Source: an uncultured delta proteobacterium
GTDB taxonomy: Bacteria; Myxococcota_A; Polyangia; Polyangiales; Polyangiaceae
Length of the DNA: 64,000 bases
Assembly: GCA_963806225.1 (NCBI GenBank)
Contig: CAWDXG010000004.1
Span: 5,088,001 to 5,152,000 of the forward strand
Reading direction: 5' to 3'
Below, piece by piece: positions 18,030 through 32,818 of this stretch (within the stretch, counting starts at the first letter, position 1; each line of letters begins with the position of its first letter). A program made the position numbers and the translations under genes. The notes beneath the pieces were generated by a model, which saw nothing but the letters and a program-made list of their open reading frames with translations, had not been told where the DNA came from and ran no database searches.

Positions 18030-18990
18030 CGTTATCCTGCTCGGCGCGCGCCGCGCGGCGGCCAATCCCGGCGCGCCCGTGGTGGTCGAGATCGATCAGA
18101 AGGCCGAGGCCCTGCTCGATCCGCATCTCACCCGGCGGCTCATCCAGCTCGAGCTCGGCGACGTGGAAGTGCCGCCCTCCGAGCCGCCGCCTGGCACGCC
18201 CGCTGAACCCTCGAGCCTGTTCTTCCGGGTGCTCGTGACGCGGCGGGGCACCCTGCGCGTCGAGCTCTGGGACCACGGCGAGTTCGGCGGAGCGCGCAGC
18301 GTCTCCACTGCGCATGGCAGCAGCCAGATCCGCTCGCGCCGGATCGCTCTGGCCTCGGCCGAGCTGGCGCGGCGCCTCCGGCAGAAGCGCGTCTACGAAG
18401 CCCAGCAGCGCGCCCACGCGAAGAAGCGCGAAAAGAACCAGCAGAAGGCCGAAGCGGCGGCGCGGGCTCCGCGCTTCGCGCTCGTCGCGGGGGCTGTCGG
18501 CGCGGCGCTCGGCCCGGGTGATGCGTGGCTCGCCGGACCGACGCTCGCCGGGCGGCTGCGCCTCAGGCGCGCTCGACTCGCCGTGGGTGCTGCCTGGATG
18601 CCGGGCACCGTGCCGCTCGCCGCCGGCACGCCGGGCGCGCGCTGGCTCGAGCTTTCACTGTCTCCGTCCTACGCGGTTCCGCTCGGTCGAGGGCTCGATC
18701 TGGACGTCGGTCTGACCGCCGCGGCCGCTGCAGTGCACATGACCGGCAGCGTCGCGCTCGACGGCGTCGACAACGAGCACGACACATGGTCCGCCCGGGC
18801 CGTCGGACACTTCTATCTGGAGCCGCGCCTCTCCCGCACGCTCTCGCTCAGCATCGGTCCCGAGGTAGGCGCGGTGCTGCGTCGGATACCCATCGTCGAC
18901 GCCCAGGGCATGCGGCATCGTCTCGGCGGTCTGTGGCTCGGAGCCCAGCTGGGCGTAGTGCTCGATCCGGCGGCCCCACCCGCGCGCTAG
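17941..18990 (+). CDS. Exported protein with probable C-terminal outer-membrane beta-barrel
   Basis: Basic-hydrophobic signal-like N-terminus ending ARRAAA; alternating beta-strand pattern in C-terminal half; TTG start inferred, overlaps upstream gene. Confidence 0.55.
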   Translation: MKATRARRARGRTSRKATTLLLLLQCLLTSVILLGARRAAANPGAPVVVEIDQKAEALLDPHLTRRLIQLELGDVEVPPSEPPPGTPAEPSSLFFRVLVTRRGTLRVELWDHGEFGGARSVSTAHGSSQIRSRRIALASAELARRLRQKRVYEAQQRAHAKKREKNQQKAEAAARAPRFALVAGAVGAALGPGDAWLAGPTLAGRLRLRRARLAVGAAWMPGTVPLAAGTPGARWLELSLSPSYAVPLGRGLDLDVGLTAAAAAVHMTGSVALDGVDNEHDTWSARAVGHFYLEPRLSRTLSLSIGPEVGAVLRRIPIVDAQGMRHRLGGLWLGAQLGVVLDPAAPPAR

Positions 18991-19006
18991 CCAGGTTTTG
19001 CCTCGA

Positions 19007-19261
19007 CTACGCCTGGAGCACACGCGCGCGCTGCGCGCGCGACAGGTTTACCCAGCGGCCTTCGATGCGGAACCGGGCCGGCTCGGCGTCGTCGACGCGG
19101 CGGCAGCTGCGCACCTTGACCAGATAGCCGCCGTCGTCGCCGGCTCGACCCGTCAGCGTCGAGCCTGGCGGCGAGGGGCGCGATGCGAGCAGCACCACGT
19201 GCTCGTCGTCGCTCTGTTCCACGCGCGCGGTGCCGCCGCCCTCCAGCGAGAGCTCGAGCAT
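19007..19261 (-). CDS. Small hypothetical protein, possibly degenerate PilZ-like beta-barrel
   Basis: Start overlaps smpB stop; PSPPGSTL...VKVRSCRR...FRIEGRWVNL pattern. Confidence 0.55.
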   Translation of the reverse strand: MLELSLEGGGTARVEQSDDEHVVLLASRPSPPGSTLTGRAGDDGGYLVKVRSCRRVDDAEPARFRIEGRWVNLSRAQRARVLQA

Positions 19262-19749
19262 CACTCCCTTCCCCGCCCGCGGCGGATCGCCTGCCGCGCT
19301 TCCCGCGTGGCTTCGCGCTCGCGCAGGGTCTGGCGCTTGTCGTGCTTCTTCTTGCCGCGCGCCAGGGCGACCTCGATCTTCGCGCGGTTGTTCTTGAAGT
19401 AGAGCTTCGTGGCGATGACGGTCATGCCGTCCCGCTCCACGCCCGCGCGCAGCTGCTCGATCTCCGCCGCGTGCAGCAGCAGTCGGCGGGGACGGCGCTC
19501 TTCATGGCCGAACGCGGCATGCTTCATCGGAGGAATGCGCAGGCCCTTGATCCAGGCTTGGCTCCCGGCGACGTCCACCCACGCGTCGCGCAGATCCGCG
19601 GCGTTCTCCCTGAGCGAACGCGCTTCGCTGCCGATGAGCGCCAGCCCGGCCTCGTAGCTGTCGCCGACCTCGTAGTCGAAGTAGGCGCGCCGGTTCTTCG
19701 AGACCAGGCGGTCGCCCTGTGGGCGTTTTTCGGCGGCACCGCGAGCCAT
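19261..19749 (-). CDS. smpB: SsrA-binding protein SmpB
   Basis: NRRAYFDYEV, EAGLALIGSEARSLR, RRLLLHAAEI, ALARGKKKHDKR. Confidence 0.95.
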   Translation of the reverse strand: MARGAAEKRPQGDRLVSKNRRAYFDYEVGDSYEAGLALIGSEARSLRENAADLRDAWVDVAGSQAWIKGLRIPPMKHAAFGHEERRPRRLLLHAAEIEQLRAGVERDGMTVIATKLYFKNNRAKIEVALARGKKKHDKRQTLREREATREARQAIRRGRGRE

Positions 19750-19846
19750 GGGGGCCCGCACTATGCCCCGTGCGGGCCGGAGCGCAAGGCGGAGCCATGT
19801 CGGGGGGGTTGCGGCCGGCGCGGTCCCGACCAAGTAGTCAGCGTCC

Positions 19847-25122
<5,276 letters not shown>

Positions 25123-25135
25123 AAGCGGCGGTCGA

Positions 25136-25288
25136 TCACATCGTCGCGTACGCTATGTAGACGGAGATGAAGCCGACCACGAGCGCGAGCGCGAGCAACG
25201 CGACCGCGAGTGCGAGCTTGAGCGAGCGTTGATGGTTGAGCTGCTCGATCAGCTGATCGGGGCTTCTCTCCAGGTTTGCATGGGCCAT
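25136..25288 (-). CDS. Small single-TM membrane protein (50 aa)
   Basis: MAHANLERSPDQLIEQLNHQRSLKLALAVALLALALVVGFISVYIAYATM; strong RBS GGAGAGGAG. Confidence 0.7.
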   Translation of the reverse strand: MAHANLERSPDQLIEQLNHQRSLKLALAVALLALALVVGFISVYIAYATM

Positions 25289-25359
25289 GATAGGCACTCC
25301 TCTCCGCAGACGACTTCCGCCCATCGAGGCAAGCGTGGCCTCTGTCTGCGGTTAACGAA

Positions 25360-25375
25360 TGCATCAACCAGGCCA
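25360..25375 (-). promoter_or_regulatory. sigma54-type promoter for the 50-aa membrane protein
   Basis: Minus strand TGGCCTGGTTGATGCA, GG-N10-GC spacing. Confidence 0.55.
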
Positions 25376-25524
25376 GGCGATCTGCGACGGATCCGCACGT
25401 CGCGCGCGGCAATCCGCCGCACATCGCGAGGTCCGGTGCATTCTGCCTCGCTTGTCATCCCGCGCTCTGCTCGTCGACGTCGCGCGTCTTCCCGTGCGTC
25501 GTATTCGTGGCTATCGATGTATGC

Positions 25525-26463
25525 ATGGGTGCACCGCCCGACAGCGGCCGCAGGAGTGACGCGGAGCCGCCGACCGAGCCGTACGACGATCGCAGCACCG
25601 TTCGTCCGCGGCACTGGTTGGTGCCGCCCCCCGAGGCCGGCCAGGCCGTGTCGGGGGAAGTATTCGGCGTCACCGATCGCGGCCGGGTGCGCCCGGACAA
25701 CCAGGATCAGTTCCTCGTCGCGGATCTCCGGCGCTCGATGCGGCTCAGCTCGAGCAGTCCGGCGTTCCAGGATGTCCGCCTGGTCGGCGCGCCGCAGGGA
25801 TGGCTGCTGATCGTCGCGGACGGGATGGGCGGCTACCGGGGCGGGGAAGTGGCCAGTGCGATCACCGTCGAGGGCATGGCTCGCTATGTGTTCGAATCGA
25901 TGCCGTGGCCCACACCTTCAAGCAAGGCATCCGGTGCGGTTGTCGAGCGGGGACTGGTGGAGGCTCTGCGGAGCTGCCACAGCGAAGTCCAGCACGCCGC
26001 CGAAGAGCGGGGACTCGATGCCCGCATGGGCACCACGCTCACCCTGGCGTTCGTCGATTGGCCCGAGCTCGTCGTGCTCCACGTGGGTGACAGTCGCTGC
26101 TACCTGCTGAGGCGCGGGGTTCTCTCGCGGCTCACGCGCGATCAGACACTTGCCCAGCAGCTCTATGAAGAAAAGACGCTCACGGCCGACGAGGCGGCGC
26201 GTTCCCGCTTCCGCCACGTGTTGCTCAACAGCGTGGGCGGCAATCTGCCGGAGCTCGACGTCGAGACGCATCGCATGGAGCTTCACGTCGGCGATCGACT
26301 GCTGCTGTGCACGGACGGCCTGACGGGTCATCTGGAAGACGGCGAGCTTGTGCGCTGGCTTTCGCGCGACGAGCAGATGGAGTCGATCGCGCGCGGCATG
26401 GTCGAAGCCGCCAAGCAGGCGGGGGGAGAGGACAACATCACCGCGCTCGTTGCGGCGTTCTAG
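25525..26463 (+). CDS. PP2C-family Ser/Thr protein phosphatase
   Basis: TDRGRVRPDNQD, VADGMGG, MGTT, HVGDSRCY, LCTDGL, GGEDNIT. Confidence 0.93.
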   Translation: MGAPPDSGRRSDAEPPTEPYDDRSTVRPRHWLVPPPEAGQAVSGEVFGVTDRGRVRPDNQDQFLVADLRRSMRLSSSSPAFQDVRLVGAPQGWLLIVADGMGGYRGGEVASAITVEGMARYVFESMPWPTPSSKASGAVVERGLVEALRSCHSEVQHAAEERGLDARMGTTLTLAFVDWPELVVLHVGDSRCYLLRRGVLSRLTRDQTLAQQLYEEKTLTADEAARSRFRHVLLNSVGGNLPELDVETHRMELHVGDRLLLCTDGLTGHLEDGELVRWLSRDEQMESIARGMVEAAKQAGGEDNITALVAAF

Positions 26464-26464
26464 C

Positions 26465-27379
26465 CTACGGTCTCTTGGGCAGCCCGATCTTGCCTGTGCC
26501 GGTCGACGAGGTTTTCGGCGCGGCCTTCTGGCGGATCGTCGGCAGATTGAACATCGGCCTTCGAGGCAGCGACAGGCGTCCGCTTGTCGACGTGGCGCTG
26601 GGCGTCGCGGTCGGTTGCGGCGCCGTGGTTGTCGCCGTGGCTGTGGTCGTTGCGGCGGTCGTGGGCTGGGGCGCCGCCGTGGCGGTCGCCGTCGCAGTTG
26701 GCTTCGGCGTCGCCTGCACCACCGGTTTCGGTGCCGGCGCCGGGGTGGGGGCAGGCGTTGCGACGGGCCCGGGGTCGGTTGCAGCCGGCTCGTTGCCGGC
26801 GGGCACCTCCGGCTTGACCTCGGTCTGCGGGTTCGAGCCCAGGTCGATGCTCTGCGCAGGCTCCTCGCTCGCTCCCGACGAGCGCACGACCACCACCGCC
26901 GCGACGGCGCCGATCGTCACGAGCAGACCGACCAGGCCCAGGACGAGCGCCGGGCCGGCACCGCCGCGCCGCCGGCGCGGCGGCTGCATCGGCATCATCG
27001 GTGACGGGTAGCCCATGGGTCCGCCGCCCGGCTGCCCTGCAACGTACGGCGGCGGCTGGGGGGCCGCGACATACGGCGGCTGTTGCGGCGCTGCGACGTA
27101 GGGAGGGGGCTGCGGCGCCGCGACGTACGGCACCGGTCCAGCCGGAGGCGCAGCCGGCGGAGCCATGTCCGGGATCATCGGCGGCTCGCCCGGCTGCGTC
27201 ATGCCCGCTTTGCCCCAGGGGGGCGCTGCGGCCTCGGGCGACGCGGCCGGTGCGTCGTCGACCATCGTTGGCGCTACCGGCGGCTTTTCTTTCCGCTCCG
27301 GTAGGCTCATCGCGCCTGTCGCCTGCCCCGGACGGTCCCCCGACTGCCCGGGCCCATTGCCGTTGTTCGCCTGGGTCAT
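26465..27379 (-). CDS. Pro/Thr-rich single-TM protein
   Basis: Pro-rich N-terminus, RRRRGG plus TM, Thr/Ala/Pro-rich C-terminus. Confidence 0.75.
   Translation of the reverse strand: MTQANNGNGPGQSGDRPGQATGAMSLPERKEKPPVAPTMVDDAPAASPEAAAPPWGKAGMTQPGEPPMIPDMAPPAAPPAGPVPYVAAPQPPPYVAAPQQPPYVAAPQPPPYVAGQPGGGPMGYPSPMMPMQPPRRRRGGAGPALVLGLVGLLVTIGAVAAVVVVRSSGASEEPAQSIDLGSNPQTEVKPEVPAGNEPAATDPGPVATPAPTPAPAPKPVVQATPKPTATATATAAPQPTTAATTTATATTTAPQPTATPSATSTSGRLSLPRRPMFNLPTIRQKAAPKTSSTGTGKIGLPKRP
27038..27130 (-). repeat. 27-bp intragenic repeat encoding PYVAAPQ(P/Q)P, about 3.5 copies
   Basis: PVPYVAAPQPPPYVAAPQQPPYVAAPQPPPYVAG in translation. Confidence 0.75.
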
Positions 27380-27472
27380 TCGCGCCTCCCGCGTAGGGTA
27401 CCAGAATGCCGGAGCGGGCGCTCTCCAGTTCAGCGGGGGCCTCCCCGCCGGAATCGTCTAGGCTGCGCGGCC

Positions 27473-28603
27473 ATGTACCGGGTCGTGATCGACGCCCGCT
27501 CCGTCGTGGCCAGGCAGAGCGGGATCGGCAACTACGTCGATGCCCTCGTACGACACATGGTGCCGCTCGCCACGGACATGCGTTTCGTCATCCTGCGCCA
27601 CCCGGACGCGACCGCGCCCATCGTCAGGAGCGAGCGCGTGGAGGAGCTCCACTTCCGTGGCGAGACCAAGTCGGTCGACACGGTGTTCCGTCTAGGCCGC
27701 GCGCACTCGTTCGCTGGTTGCGATCTCTACCACTCGCCGGCCGACCTGGTCCCGCTCGGCATCCGCTGTCCCTGGGTGGTCACGATCCACGATCTGATGT
27801 GGCTCGAGGCGCGGAAGCTCGCTTCTGCGTTCCTGCCGGTGCGGGTCGCGAACGGCATCTGGTACACTCTCAACATCCGTCGCTCGGTCGCGGGTGCCCG
27901 GCGTGTCATCGCGATCTCGCAGGCGACGGCGGACGCCATCCAGCGCGTGTTCCCCGCCGCCGCGTCGAAGACGACGGTCGTCCATCACGGCCTCGACCAT
28001 GAGCGCTATGCACCCGGGAACGCGGGCCCGCGTTCCGTACTCGACTCGATCGTGCCTCCCGGCGTGCGCTACTCGCTGATCGTCGGACAGGGCTCGCCCT
28101 ACAAGAACCACGTGGGCATGGTGCGCGCGTTCGTGGAAGCGATGCGCGATCGCCCCGATCACAAGCTGGTGCTCGTGCGCCGCTTCTCGCGCATCGACCG
28201 CGGAATGAACCAGCTGATGGCGCGCCCCGAGGTGCAGGGAAAGGTGATCAGCGTTCCCTTCGTTCCGGCCGACATCCTGCTGGCGCTGTACCGTCACGCG
28301 CGCATGCTGCTCTTCGCGTCGCACTACGAAGGCTTCGGGTTGCCCGCGCTCGAAGCGATGTCGCTTGGCACGCCTGTGCTCGCGTCCACGGCGGCGGCGG
28401 TGCGGGAGGTCACGGGCTCCGGGGCGCTGCATGCGATCCCGGACGATCATCGCGACCTGGTCGACAAGATAACGCGCCTCGACGACGACGAAGAGCTCCG
28501 CCAGCAGCTGATCGACGCGGGCCAGCGCCGTGCTGCGGATTTTTCCTGGGAGCGGGCGGCGCGCGCCACGCTCGACGTGTATCGCGCGGCGATCGAAGGC
28601 TGA
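27473..28603 (+). CDS. GT4 (group 1) glycosyltransferase
   Basis: SGIGNY, TIHDL, YKN, EGFGLPALEAMSLGTPV, FSWERAA. Confidence 0.92.
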   Translation: MYRVVIDARSVVARQSGIGNYVDALVRHMVPLATDMRFVILRHPDATAPIVRSERVEELHFRGETKSVDTVFRLGRAHSFAGCDLYHSPADLVPLGIRCPWVVTIHDLMWLEARKLASAFLPVRVANGIWYTLNIRRSVAGARRVIAISQATADAIQRVFPAAASKTTVVHHGLDHERYAPGNAGPRSVLDSIVPPGVRYSLIVGQGSPYKNHVGMVRAFVEAMRDRPDHKLVLVRRFSRIDRGMNQLMARPEVQGKVISVPFVPADILLALYRHARMLLFASHYEGFGLPALEAMSLGTPVLASTAAAVREVTGSGALHAIPDDHRDLVDKITRLDDDEELRQQLIDAGQRRAADFSWERAARATLDVYRAAIEG

Positions 28604-28652
28604 AACCGCCGCTCCGCCGGGACGCTTGACCAGGCGCGAACGGCGGAGTCCC

Positions 28653-29372
28653 ATGTTGAAGGTGGCGCGGGCGGACTACGGAGTGGATGCGCCGGCAGTG
28701 GTGCGGAACCTGGCCGTGATCGGCGCGGCCCTGTCGGCCCTGTCGGGGCTGGGCCGGTTCGGCGGGGCTCCGTTCGGCTTTGCGCGGGCGCTGTTCTGGC
28801 CCGGGCTCTCGCTGGTCGGCACGGCTTCCTGGATGCTGTTCACGAGCCGCGTGCTCAAGCTGCGGCAGCGAGACCGCCTGATCGACGCACTCGCTCTGGA
28901 AGGGGACGAGCGTGTGCTCGACGTCGGCTGCGGTCGGGGCCTGCTGCTCGTGGGGGCGGCCCGCCGGCTGCCGCGCGGCAGGGCCGTAGGCCTCGATCTG
29001 TGGCGGAGCGCCGACCAGTCCGGCAACGATCCCGATGTCACGCGTGACAACGCGCGTGCGGAAGGTGTGGAACAGCGCATCGAGCTGACCACCGGAGATA
29101 TGCTCGAGATGCCGTTCGAGTCGGGCAGCTTCGACGCAGTCGTGTCGAGCTACGCGATCCACAACCTGCCCGGCGCGGCGGCCCGCAGCCGCGCGCTCGC
29201 GGAGATCGCGCGGGTGCTCGCGCCGGGCGGACGCGTCGAGATCATCGACATCGGCCTTTCCGGCGCCTACGCCCGGGAGCTCGAAAAGGCAGGGCTTCAA
29301 GCAGAGAGCTCGTTTGCGGGTTTCGCATTCCTGTTGCCGACCTGGCGCACCCGCGCGACGCGGTACGCGTAG
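28653..29372 (+). CDS. Class I SAM-dependent methyltransferase with N-terminal TM segments
   Basis: DYGVDAP, VLDVGCGRG, GLDLW, GDMLEMPF, RVLAPGG; RBS GGAG. Confidence 0.88.
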   Translation: MLKVARADYGVDAPAVVRNLAVIGAALSALSGLGRFGGAPFGFARALFWPGLSLVGTASWMLFTSRVLKLRQRDRLIDALALEGDERVLDVGCGRGLLLVGAARRLPRGRAVGLDLWRSADQSGNDPDVTRDNARAEGVEQRIELTTGDMLEMPFESGSFDAVVSSYAIHNLPGAAARSRALAEIARVLAPGGRVEIIDIGLSGAYARELEKAGLQAESSFAGFAFLLPTWRTRATRYA

Positions 29373-29416
29373 ACGCCGGGTGCGCGGGTACGGGCGGCTC
29401 CCCGTATTGCGCGGGC

Positions 29417-30181
29417 TCAGTACAGCGTTCCGGTCAGCAGGAGCTGCGGACTGCTGAGCGACTCGTGATACGTGACGCCGGCCGTCGTCATCGCGAGCGA
29501 GGCGTAGGTGTAGCGGGCCATCGCACCGAGCCCCCAGTGCCTACCAACAGACCACTCGTAGCCGGCGCCGATGCCGAAGCCTGGCCCCGTAGCGGTATCG
29601 CCGACGCTGTTTCCGTCCGGATCGCTGACGCGCAGCTGCGCGAAGCCACCCATCGCCAGGATGTGCAGCCCGTTGCTGGGCATCGGGTACCAATCGGCGA
29701 AGCCCGAGAGCGTGGCGAAGCCCAGCGAGTTCGAGCCCTGGACCGTCTGGCCGTCGGCCTGGACCCTCGGTTTGTCCGTGATAGTGGCCGAAAAGCCGCC
29801 GCCCAGCGCCAGACCGGGAACGGGGCTGCCGCCGAGCAGGACGTCGAGGGAGTAGCCGCCGCCGGACAGCTTGTCGCTCTGGCCGTCGCTGGCCGTCTCG
29901 GCGTCGGTCAGGTACGAGCCGCCGAGCGCGCCCCTCAAGTAGAACCCATGCCGGTAGTGCACCGGCGCGGGGCTGTCGGGCGCGGGGCCCAGGTCGGGCT
30001 GGGGCGGGGGAAGCGCGCGCGGCGGAGCGGGGGCGCGGCTGCCCGGAGCCCGCTGGTAGAGCGGAGCGACGGACGCGACGTTTTTCGGTTCCGCGCTTGC
30101 GGAAAGGGCTGCCCCGAGCACCACCGTGCACGCGACGAGCCCAGGCAGGATCTTCACGGCGAACCTCCGGGTTCGGGTCAT
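29417..30181 (-). CDS. Outer-membrane beta-barrel protein
   Basis: Signal peptide (ASA), GFYLRGALGG, amphipathic strands, C-terminal aromatic residue (TGTLY). Confidence 0.75.
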   Translation of the reverse strand: MTRTRRFAVKILPGLVACTVVLGAALSASAEPKNVASVAPLYQRAPGSRAPAPPRALPPPQPDLGPAPDSPAPVHYRHGFYLRGALGGSYLTDAETASDGQSDKLSGGGYSLDVLLGGSPVPGLALGGGFSATITDKPRVQADGQTVQGSNSLGFATLSGFADWYPMPSNGLHILAMGGFAQLRVSDPDGNSVGDTATGPGFGIGAGYEWSVGRHWGLGAMARYTYASLAMTTAGVTYHESLSSPQLLLTGTLY

Positions 30182-30233
30182 GTGCCGCCTTCATCGGCGG
30201 CTCCCGCTCCCGGTTGCGTCGTTTTTCCGGAGA

Positions 30234-30968
30234 TCAGCCTCCGGCCGGCACGGGCTCCAGCGCCGAGATGACCGCGACCTGGATCTGCAGGCGGCGCTCG
30301 GGGCTGATCGGTGAGCCGTCGAGCTCGACGATCTGGAACCGGTCCTGCACGCGCTCGTCGACCGTGCGCACGGACGACTGGACGATCTGCACGCGTTGCT
30401 GGAATAGCGCACGCGCCAGCGACAGGAGCAGCCCGGAGCGATCGCCGGTTTCCACCTCGAGCGTACCGAGCGAGCCGGCGTCGTTTTCGATGAAGCGCAC
30501 GCGGGTCTCGGTGCCGGAACTGGCCGCGGAGGTTTCTGGCGCTCCAAGCGTGCCTTCCAACAGCTCGATCAGCGTGACCTTCAGCGCCTCGATCTCGTCG
30601 CTGGAAAGCGGCTCGCCGCGCGTGGGATCGCCGGTCCGGCGCACCCAGAACAGGTCCACGGCTTCACCCGCATCGGTCGGCGTATGCCGCGTGTGGGCGT
30701 CGGCGTTCACCACGTCGAGCTTCTGCACGACGAGTGCGGCGCTGATGGTGGCGAGCAGGCCCGGGCGGTCCGCGGCGACGATGCAGAGTGCCTGCGCATC
30801 GCGACGATTCGAGTCGAACACGCCGGCATTTGCGACCGCATCGCCGCGCCCCAGAGCGATGCGCGCATGCGCCGCATGCGCCGCTTCAGCGTAGCGATGC
30901 CGGTAGGTGGCGGGCAGCGACTCGACGAATTCGCGGACGTAGGCTTCCGAGGGGCCGGTGTCGGTCAC
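30234..30968 (-). CDS. Stand-alone tandem ACT-domain protein resembling the GlnD C-terminus
   Basis: ADRPGLLATISAAL...AVDLFWV and TGDRSGLLLSLARAL...VQDRFQI; no nucleotidyltransferase or HD domain. Confidence 0.8.
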   Translation of the reverse strand: MTDTGPSEAYVREFVESLPATYRHRYAEAAHAAHARIALGRGDAVANAGVFDSNRRDAQALCIVAADRPGLLATISAALVVQKLDVVNADAHTRHTPTDAGEAVDLFWVRRTGDPTRGEPLSSDEIEALKVTLIELLEGTLGAPETSAASSGTETRVRFIENDAGSLGTLEVETGDRSGLLLSLARALFQQRVQIVQSSVRTVDERVQDRFQIVELDGSPISPERRLQIQVAVISALEPVPAGG

Positions 30969-31033
30969 CCGGCAAGTGTAGGCTCGAAATGCGTCCGACG
31001 CGTTTCGTGCGCCGGCGCCGGTACCTCTTCCGG

Positions 31034-32772
31034 CTACTTGCTCGACGCCGGGGGCGGCTTCTTGCCCGGAGCCTGCGGTAGGCCCGGGATCTGCGGGAAG
31101 TTCGTGGGAAACGTGGTCGGGATCGCCGACGGGATCTGCGGAAAGCCGCTGGGCAACTGGATGCCGGGGAACGACGGGAAACCCGGGCGGCCTGCGTCGC
31201 GTTTGGCGGCGGTGCCGCCGTCGGCCGTCGGGTGCTGAGCCGGGTGCGTGCCGCCGGTCGCCGGGTGCGTGGCGCTGGGCGGCTGGGTCTCAGCTGGCGG
31301 CGAGCCGGGTTCGATCGGCGGAGGCGTGGCTGGCGTGGGCCCTTCCTGCGCGGAGATGGTCGTGGCCGGAGTGCTGCCGCCGGCTCCCACCAGCGGTGTG
31401 AGCGGCTCGTCCGGCTGGTTCTGCCGCTGCATCACCACGACCGCGATGATGCCTCCCGTGACGAGCGCACCGGCCAGCAATGCGAGCACCGCCCCCAGTG
31501 CGCGCCGCGGCTTGCGGCGTGGCGGCATCGGCGGCGCCGTGTAGTACGACTGCGGGCTGCCGTGGTACACGGGCGCGCCCGCGATGGGGCCGGAGGCTGC
31601 GCGCCGCGCGGCGCGGCGGCCATGTGGCTCGTGCCGCCCGCAGGCATGCCGGCGGCGATCTGCTCGATGGTGCCCTTGGGTGCTTCCTGGGTGCTGCCCC
31701 TGGGTGGCGCTCCGGCCTGCGGGGCCGTGGTGTCCAGCGCGCCCGCCCTGTCGTCTGGAGGCAACGTGGGCGGAACGCCGCCGCTCGTGTCGGCGGGGCC
31801 GGACAGCACCGGCGCGTCCACGGTGGCGGGAGGGCGCGCCTGGGCGGAGACCTGGGCCTCGGGCGCAGGGATGACCGAAGCGGGAGCCGGTGTCGCTGCC
31901 AGCCGTCCGGCGTGGCTCAGCTGGCCGGCGAAGGGCGCCAGCGCCAGCCGCATGTCCATCGCGCTCGCGTAGCGCTGGTCCTTGTCTGCAGCGATGGCGT
32001 TGTGGACGACCGCCGCCAGACCTTCGGGGATGGACGGATCATGCTCGGCGATGCGCTTCACCTTGCCCTGCGCGACCTGCGCGATGATCTGCGGCGCGTC
32101 GTCGCCGTAGGCAGGGCGCTCGCCGGTGAGCATCTCGTAGAGGATCGCGCCGAGCGAATAGATGTCCGCGCGGTGGTCGACGCGGTCGGCCGCGTACAGC
32201 TGCTCCGGCGCCATGTACTCGGGCGTCCCCATCACGGCTCCCGGCCGGGTCAGTCCCTTCTGGTATTCATTGCTCGCGCGCAGTTTGGCGATGCCGAAGT
32301 CGAGCAGCTTGACGATGGGACCGCCGGTCGAGGGCGTGATGAACACGTTGTCCGGCTTCAGGTCGCGGTGCACGACGCCGAGCGCGTGGGCGGCTTCGAG
32401 TCCGGAGAGGATCTGCAGGGCGAAGTCGATCGCCTGGTCGCGCGGAAGCTTGATCTTGCGATCGAGCAACTGCTGGAGCGACTCGCCGCTCAAGAGCTCC
32501 ATGACGAGGAAGGGAGAGCCGTCCGGTGTCTGGTCCACGTCGGTCACGCGCGTGACGTGCGGGCTCTGGATGCTCGCCGACACCTTTGCTTCCTGCAGGA
32601 AGCGCGACGACAGTCCGGGCCGCTTGGCGAGCTCGGCGTGGAGGAACTTCAGCGCGACGGCCGAGCCGAGCACCTCGTGCCGTGCCTCGTACACGGCGCC
32701 CATTCCTCCGTCGCCGATCAGGCGCACGACGCGGTACTTGCCGCCGATCACATCACCGGGATTCGGTCGCAT
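31034..32772 (-). CDS. Hanks-type Ser/Thr protein kinase with TM and Pro-rich tail, frameshifted near 31590-31620
   Basis: GDGGMGAVY, VALK, HRDLKPDN, DFGIAK, GTPEYMAPE; the TM-bearing ORF 31034..31570 continues in another frame. Confidence 0.88.
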
Positions 32773-32818
32773 GGTCCTCTAGATCGACGTGATTGTGCTA
32801 CAGCGCGGCCGTCCTGGG

